From Octopus bimaculoides (Eukaryota): a stretch of DNA of 64,000 nucleotides. Both the position numbers and the translations under genes were made by a program. Positions 62,374 through 64,000 of the stretch are shown here, one piece after another. The stretch is from the NCBI RefSeq assembly GCF_001194135.2, contig NC_068996.1:50808395-50872394 (forward strand), in the 5' to 3' direction. Within the stretch, counting starts at the first letter, position 1. Each line of letters begins with the position of its first letter. Under the pieces are notes generated by a model. It made no database searches. It had not been told where the DNA came from and was given only the letters and a program-made list of their open reading frames with translations.

Positions 62374-64000
62374 TGGAAGATGTATATGAGTCATTCACAG
62401 TTACACAATAACTATTAACTTTTCTTAAACATTTATCATTTGGTATCAAAAATCTTCTTTATACCAACCACAACATGATCACTGACATGCCTCCACTGTA
62501 ACTGGAAACTTTGTCAGTGACCAGGTTGTAGTTGGTGTGATGAAAATTTTGATTTCAGATAATAAGTGTTTAATTGAAGTTAACAGTTTTCCTGTTTTTG
62601 AACAACTAATATGTATCTTCCATGCTGTAAATGTTTTAGTTTCAACATACAGCTGCAGATCAAATCACTTGCCAGGCAAGAACATCTAGAATTATGTATT
62701 ATATTTTTATGTCACCATAAGCAGAGAAATAATGGAAAAATACTATTTAATATAATTATTAGTTACACAAGCAGTATTAATGCCAAAAGGCAATCTATAT
62801 ATCCAACTTAATGTGGATGTATTGTAAGAATGCTGAATAATACAATATTTGGATTTTTTTTACTATACATCCTCGTTAAGTTGATTATAAAAATTGCCTT
62901 TTGTTTGATATAAATATCGATGAGGATTTTAATTTAGTGAGGGATTTTTGTGGGTGAAATTTTTGAAATGAATTATATTTTTCATGATGTTTAGGAAGTA
63001 GTAATATAGTTGCTGTAGATCAGATGAACTTTGAAGTTTGTTTAATTCTGTTGCTGGCACTGAAATACTGTGCCTTGAGCAAGTGACTAAATATCCCCCC
63101 CCCCCCATCTAACTTACTTGGCTGCAGAAATAACAGGCAAGTCTTATTTAAATTACATTTTGTCATATTAAAAGAATGAAGGATTTCATTAGTGTAGATC
63201 TAATCACAGTATCTGAAACAAAAGAAGAAAAAACCCTGTTTGGATTGCTTTTGATCATGGATCTACACAAACAAGATTTGCTTGGGATCAAACAATAATA
63301 CAGCAACAACGACCTGCTTGTATAGCAATTTAGAACAGAAGATAAAAAGTCCTCCGATTAAGTCTACAAGCAGATTGATGTTCCATTTGAGTATATTACA
63401 AGCAATATATATATGTCAAGCTATTACCTCCCTTACATCACTCCATTCTTCATTTTTCTCATTGTTTAAAAAAACAAAGAAGGTTTCTCATTCAGTGAAG
63501 CATATTAAAGTTTAAAGTTATTGATCAGCTGATTATCAAATTATATCAATTAGTTATTTCAAATGTATTTTGCTACATTATCATTTTAATTTTCTGTTTT
63601 GAAATTTAAGATAAAATTTTAGAATGTGTCAATTTAATGCTTATTTGCTTATATTTTTTTTTTCATTCATGCTTATTTTGCTTATATTAAAATTTGCATA
63701 TTTATTTTTCATCTGTTAAATTATTCATAAGGATAAGAAGTCACATGAATATGTAATTTAATGCTTAAACTAATGCTTACAAATAAGAGAGGAAAGAAAG
63801 CAACGATAAAAAGGAACAGCTTTTTGCGTTCTTAATCACATTAAGGGTGGGATTTATCGTCACTTAGGCAACCATTTTATTCTTTATTCTATGAGGGTGA
63901 AAAAGAAATGAAGTAAAAAAAATGTAAGTAGCTATTACACTGAAGATAAAGGTTAATAAAATGTTTGTTGCTATGACGATGCGATGACACTGGGTACAGA

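Noticed and set aside
63282-63515. 77-aa ORF as a downstream exon
   Set aside because: No convincing splice sites or homology.

Overview
AT-rich, microsatellite-laden animal scaffold with eight N-gaps. The SINE families look octopus-like (inference: coleoid cephalopod, probably Octopus). Most of the window is intronic or intergenic DNA filled with tRNA-headed SINEs, a (GAT)n-tailed retroposon, TTAA-flanked MITEs, Tc1/mariner and pogo relics, a CR1/L2-group LINE fragment and Helentron-type (HINE-like) elements. The only host gene I can support is a + strand CEP170-like FHA-domain gene, with three exons (37175-37264, 53799-53877, 56578-56702). Its first coding exon and downstream exons were not found. 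The intron at 53878-56577 has full U12 (minor spliceosome) AT-AC signals. The most unusual signal is five hammerhead-ribozyme-like motifs from three different repeat families. Two of them lie as an inverted pair in a fold-back, Penelope-like element, and two share a non-canonical CUGU(N)GA core. Nearly all ORFs in the supplied track are repeat or gap artefacts. Coordinates of degenerate repeat copies are approximate.
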